Assembly (NCBI GenBank): GCA_023662865.1
Contig: JAMPIK010000009.1
Span: 3,791 to 67,790, forward strand
Length of the DNA stretch: 64,000 nucleotides
Direction: 5' to 3'
DNA from: Prevotella sp.
GTDB taxonomy: Bacteria > Bacteroidota > Bacteroidia > Bacteroidales > Muribaculaceae
Positions 59,821-64,000 of this stretch are shown in pieces. The notes under the pieces are model-generated. The model saw only the letters and a program-made list of their open reading frames with translations. It ran no database searches and was not told the origin of the DNA. The first letter of the stretch is position 1, and each line of letters begins with the position of its first letter. Made by a program: the position numbers and the translations under genes.

Positions 59821-59931
59821 AGCAGCTTAAATCTGAAGTGAGCCTAAATTTCCGGCTCACTTCAGAATATATCAAATAATCTGAGAATTCAATCCGAATC
59901 GGAACTGTTTCCGACACCGGGAGAAATTAAA

Positions 59932-60759
59932 ATGATATTTCTAAAGACATCTGAAGAAATAGAACTGGTGAGAGCCGCCTCCAATTTGTGCAGTCGCACA
60001 CTCGGAGAAGTGGCGAAATGGGTGGAACCCGGAGTTACAACTCAAAAGCTTGACTACATAGCTCGCGAGTTTATCTGTGACAACGGCGGCACACCCGCTT
60101 GTCTGGGTTATGGAGGATTTCCCGGTACATTGTGCATAGAAGTAAACGAAACGGTTGTACACGGTTTCCCATCAGGATATACTCTGAAAGAAGGAGATAT
60201 TGTAGGTACAGACTGCGTAGTAGAGCTTAACGGCTATCATGGTGACAGCTGCTATACATTCCCTGTCGGTAACGTAGATGAAGCCGTACTTCAATTGCTT
60301 GATGTAACCAAAGAAAGCCTATATAAAGGAATAGCCGCTGCACATGTGGGTCGCCGCATCGGTGATATTGCGAATGCCGTTCAGACATATTGCGAACGAC
60401 ATGGTTACAGTGTGGTTCGCGAGATGTGCGGTCACGGCATCGGACGCAAGATGCACGAAGATCCAGAAGTGCCTAATTACGGGCGCAAAGGTATCGGACC
60501 GGTACTGCGCAATGGTATGTGTATTTGTATTGAGCCCATGATAAATATGGGAAGCAAAAACATAGTCATTGAGCGTGACGGTTGGCAGTGTCACACACGC
60601 GACCGCAAACCCAGTGCACACTTCGAGCATACATTGGCAATGGTGAATGATTATGCTGAAGTGCTGACCACCTTCGAATATATTGAAGATGCGTTGCGTG
60701 CAAAGGGAAGTGTGATACCCGGTGAACCCCGAAACGTTTCACCGAAACAAGAAAATTGA
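59932..60759 (+). CDS. map: Methionine aminopeptidase type I
   Basis: VVHGFP, GDSC, CGHGIG, IEPM, SAHFEHT. Confidence 0.98.
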   Translation: MIFLKTSEEIELVRAASNLCSRTLGEVAKWVEPGVTTQKLDYIAREFICDNGGTPACLGYGGFPGTLCIEVNETVVHGFPSGYTLKEGDIVGTDCVVELNGYHGDSCYTFPVGNVDEAVLQLLDVTKESLYKGIAAAHVGRRIGDIANAVQTYCERHGYSVVREMCGHGIGRKMHEDPEVPNYGRKGIGPVLRNGMCICIEPMINMGSKNIVIERDGWQCHTRDRKPSAHFEHTLAMVNDYAEVLTTFEYIEDALRAKGSVIPGEPRNVSPKQEN

Positions 60760-60792
60760 ACTCGGAATAAGCTGATAAAACAAGAATAATTT

Positions 60793-61011
60793 ATGGCAAA
60801 ACAAGCTGCAATAGAAATAGACGGTGTGATACTCGAAGCCCTCTCAAACGCAATGTTCAAAGTTGAGCTTGAGAACGGCCACGAAATCACGGCACACATA
60901 TCCGGAAAAATGCGTATGCATTATATCAAGATACTTCCCGGCGATAAAGTACGTGTGGAAATGTCACCATACGACCTGACAAAGGGACGCATTTCTTTCC
61001 GATATAAATAA
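60793..61011 (+). CDS. infA: Translation initiation factor IF-1
   Basis: [18 protein letters not shown]. Confidence 0.99.
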   Translation: MAKQAAIEIDGVILEALSNAMFKVELENGHEITAHISGKMRMHYIKILPGDKVRVEMSPYDLTKGRISFRYK

Positions 61012-61069
61012 GTCAACAGACACATATAGGGTCAAGTGATAAATTAATTAAATACATTAATAGGAAACA

Positions 61070-61186
61070 ATGAAAGTAAGAGCCTCAGTCAAGAAGCGCA
61101 CTCCCGACAGCAAGATTGTACGCCGTAAGGGAAGACTTTATGTTATCAACAAAAAAAATCCTAAGTACAAGCAGCGTCAGGGCTAA
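61070..61186 (+). CDS. rpmJ: 50S ribosomal protein L36 (cysteine-free type)
   Basis: Not in ORF track; [38 protein letters not shown]. Confidence 0.98.
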   Translation: MKVRASVKKRTPDSKIVRRKGRLYVINKKNPKYKQRQG

Positions 61187-61454
61187 TGGTTCTGCTTGCC
61201 GAGAGCAATTTCGGCACATCCCGGTGTATTAATTTGCCTTAAAAAGAGCTAATTCTGCCTTAGATGGCGAATATTGACATTTGGATGTAAAAGAAGGATT
61301 TACTGTGCATATCGGCATATCCCGGGCTTTAGAACTATATTTTGTATGCTTGGAGGGTTTGATTCTGAAATTTAGACTTAATTAACAAATGCTAAAAATC
61401 ATATAAAACAGACCCGAAGGGAATGTTGTGTGCAGATAACTTCAATTTTTTTAT

Positions 61455-61462
61455 TAACTTTG
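61455..61462 (+). promoter_or_regulatory. -7 box of the alpha operon promoter
   Basis: TAACTTTG 25 nt before the rpsM ATG; TG-rich element about 22 nt upstream. Confidence 0.7.
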
Positions 61463-61487
61463 CAACAAAAATTTTTTAGCTAAGTAT

Positions 61488-61868
61488 ATGGCAGTAAGAA
61501 TTGTCGGCGTAGACTTGCCGCAAAACAAACGAGGCGAAATCGCCTTAACTTACATCTACGGCATTGGCCGTAGCGCAGCCAACACCATCCTGCAGAAGGC
61601 CGGTGTAGACCGCGACATCAAAGTACAAGACTGGACAGACGCACAGGCAGCAGCCGTGCGCGAAGTGATTCAAGAGAATTACAAAGTAGAGGGTGACCTC
61701 CGCAGTGAAATCCAGCTGAATATCAAGCGCCTGATGGATATAGGTTGCTACCGTGGTATTCGTCACCGTATCGGTCTGCCCGTACGTGGCCAGAGCACAA
61801 AGAACAATGCTCGTACACGCAAGGGACGTAAGAAAACAGTTGCTAACAAGAAGAAAGCTACTAAATAA
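61488..61868 (+). CDS. rpsM: 30S ribosomal protein S13
   Basis: [30 protein letters not shown]. Confidence 0.99.
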   Translation: MAVRIVGVDLPQNKRGEIALTYIYGIGRSAANTILQKAGVDRDIKVQDWTDAQAAAVREVIQENYKVEGDLRSEIQLNIKRLMDIGCYRGIRHRIGLPVRGQSTKNNARTRKGRKKTVANKKKATK

Positions 61869-61877
61869 AATTAAAGT

Positions 61878-62267
61878 ATGGCAAAAAAGACAGTCGCAGC
61901 AAAGAAGAGAAATGTTAAAGTTGACGCAATGGGTCAGCTTCACGTTCACTCCTCTTTCAACAACATCATCGTATGCTTGACTAACAGCGAAGGCCAGGTA
62001 ATTTCTTGGTCGTCAGCCGGAAAGATGGGCTTCCGTGGTTCAAAAAAGAACACTCCTTACGCAGCCCAAATGGCTGCACAAGATTGCGCAAAAGTAGCAT
62101 ACGATCTCGGCCTCCGCAAAGTAAAGGCTTATGTAAAAGGTCCCGGTAACGGTCGTGAGTCCGCAATCCGTACTATCCACGGTGCAGGCATCGAGGTAGT
62201 GGAAATTGTAGACGTTACTCCGCTTCCGCACAATGGTTGTCGTCCTCCCAAGAGAAGAAGAGTTTAA
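61878..62267 (+). CDS. rpsK: 30S ribosomal protein S11
   Basis: SFNNII, TPYAAQ, PHNGCRP. Confidence 0.99.
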   Translation: MAKKTVAAKKRNVKVDAMGQLHVHSSFNNIIVCLTNSEGQVISWSSAGKMGFRGSKKNTPYAAQMAAQDCAKVAYDLGLRKVKAYVKGPGNGRESAIRTIHGAGIEVVEIVDVTPLPHNGCRPPKRRRV

Positions 62268-62502
62268 TCTTCCGACAGACAGATTTAACCATTTTTCAAG
62301 CTTGTCGTTTTCCAATTTTCAGGCAAGAGCTGTTCACCGCAACTTTCCTTAATTGAGAATGACAATGCCGGAAACAACAAAACAACACAAATAGTAGCTT
62401 TGAATGCGAATAGACTTCCACTTTCACTTTCTCTCGGAAGTCGCGGCTGCGCTAAGGAGCTGCTTTCACAAAGACTTTAATTTATAAAAGTAAATTTTAG
62501 CA

Positions 62503-63108
62503 ATGGCAAGATATACAGGCCCGAAAACTAAGATAGCCCGCAAATTCGGCGAGGCAATTTTTGGTGAGGATAAAGTTCTGGCTAAGAAGAATTATCCCCC
62601 AGGACAGCATGGCCAAAACCGTCGTCGCAAAACTTCGGAGTATGGCATGCAGCTTAAAGAAAAGCAAAAAGCAAAATACACATACGGCGTGTTGGAACGT
62701 CAGTTCCGCAACCTGTTTGAGCGTGCAGCACGCACCAAAGGTATTACCGGTGAAGTGCTTCTGCAATTGCTCGAAAGCCGTCTGGACAATGTAGTATACC
62801 GTATGGGTATTGCACCCACACGTCCGGCAGCTCGCCAGATTGTACTGCACAAGCACATCACAGTCAATGGTAAAGTAGTAAACATTCCCTCATATCAGGT
62901 GCAACCCGGCGATGTAGTAGCCGTACGTGAGAAGAGCAAATCCCTTGAAGTGATTGCAGACAGCCTCGGCGGTTTCAATCACAGCAAATATCCCTGGATT
63001 GAATGGGATGAGAGCATTAAGGGAGGCAAGTTCCTTCACATGCCGCAGCGCGAGGACATTCCCGAAACCATCAAGGAACAGTTGATAGTTGAGTTGTATT
63101 CTAAATAA
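62503..63108 (+). CDS. rpsD: 30S ribosomal protein S4
   Basis: MARYTGP, YPPGQHG, LESRLDN. Confidence 0.99.
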   Translation: MARYTGPKTKIARKFGEAIFGEDKVLAKKNYPPGQHGQNRRRKTSEYGMQLKEKQKAKYTYGVLERQFRNLFERAARTKGITGEVLLQLLESRLDNVVYRMGIAPTRPAARQIVLHKHITVNGKVVNIPSYQVQPGDVVAVREKSKSLEVIADSLGGFNHSKYPWIEWDESIKGGKFLHMPQREDIPETIKEQLIVELYSK

Positions 63109-63125
63109 TAAATAAATAGAGACCC

Positions 63126-64000
63126 ATGGCTATTTTAGCATTTCAGAAACCCGACAAAGTAATCATGTTGGAAGCCACCGACTCCTTCGGCAAGTTTGAA
63201 TTCAAACCCTTGGAGCCGGGTTACGGTCAGACAGTAGGCAACGCATTGCGCAGAATATTGCTTTCTTCGCTCGGCGGTTTTGCCATCTGCTCTATCCGTA
63301 TCGATGGTGTGGCGCATGAGTTGGGCACCATCCCCGGAGTGAAGGAGGATGTGACCAACATAATCTTGAACCTCAAGAAGGTGCGCTTCAAACAAGTGGT
63401 GGAAGACACTGATATGGAAACAGCTACTGTTACCGTGTCGGGACAAGATGTGTTCAAAGCCGGCGACTTGGGTAAAGTAATAAACGGCTTCGAGGTGCTT
63501 AACCCCGACCTTGTGATTTGTCACCCGGATCCCGCAAAGGGCTTCACAATGCAATTTACAATCAACAAGGGTCGCGGTTGGGTTCCCGCCGATGAAAATC
63601 GCGAGATGATTGGCACCTCCGAGCTAAATGTCATAGCCATTGACTCTATCTATACACCTATTGTCAACGTAAAATATGCGGTAGACAATTTCCGTGTAGA
63701 GCAGAAGACTGACTATGAAAAACTGACTCTCGAAGTCACCACTGATGGCTCTATTTCACCGGAAGACGCCCTTAAAGAGGCTTCAAAAATTCTTATTTAT
63801 CACTTCATGCTCTTCTCAGATGAGAAGATTACTCTCGAAACTCCTCAGGAAGAAGGAGGCGAAGAGTTTGACGAAGAAGTGCTGCACATGCGTCAACTTC
63901 TGAAGACAAAACTCGCAGATATGGACTTGTCAGTTCGTGCCCTTAACTGCCTGAAGAGTGCCGAAGTCGAAACACTTGGCGATCTTGTCGGCTTCAACAA
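63126..64000 (+). CDS. rpoA: RNA polymerase alpha subunit, partial (runs off the window edge)
   Basis: Not in ORF track; [10 protein letters not shown]..., [45 protein letters not shown]. Confidence 0.99.
   Translation, partial: MAILAFQKPDKVIMLEATDSFGKFEFKPLEPGYGQTVGNALRRILLSSLGGFAICSIRIDGVAHELGTIPGVKEDVTNIILNLKKVRFKQVVEDTDMETATVTVSGQDVFKAGDLGKVINGFEVLNPDLVICHPDPAKGFTMQFTINKGRGWVPADENREMIGTSELNVIAIDSIYTPIVNVKYAVDNFRVEQKTDYEKLTLEVTTDGSISPEDALKEASKILIYHFMLFSDEKITLETPQEEGGEEFDEEVLHMRQLLKTKLADMDLSVRALNCLKSAEVETLGDLVGFN

Overview
Core-genome window from a Bacteroidales chromosome, probably Muribaculaceae (inferred from gene content and TTTG-(19-21)-TAnnTTTG sigma-A promoters, not from a search). 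From left to right it holds: a minus-strand operon (Trx-like lipoprotein, two rhomboids, EEP phosphatase, Dcp); a DUF3861 + vWA islet; pnp; an apparently continuous acid phosphatase - phosphate porin - DUF4492 - cydAB operon; an AraC-MFP-CusA efflux unit with no TolC, abutting a hidden truncated nucleotidyltransferase (MNT) pseudogene; a long operon pepP-gammaCA-xerC-hpf-fdtA-fdtB-SUI1-AddA-like helicase (nuclease domain absent); cls with a promoter/short-ORF/terminator leader; glmU-like; dnaN-dnaQ-coaBC-porD-recN-rlmB; nusB (internally duplicated)-yajC-ybbR-coaE-DUF5606; then the str/S10/spc/alpha ribosomal cluster from rpsL to a partial rpoA. The most striking feature is that the S10 operon is cut between rplP and rpmC. 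The gap contains a terminator, an AT-rich membrane-protein gene (DUF6056-like) split by an intact 896-bp IS5/IS1031-type element, and a new promoter with a structured leader in front of rpmC. No tRNA, rRNA or CRISPR array was seen. All family calls come from motif recognition by eye; no database search was run.
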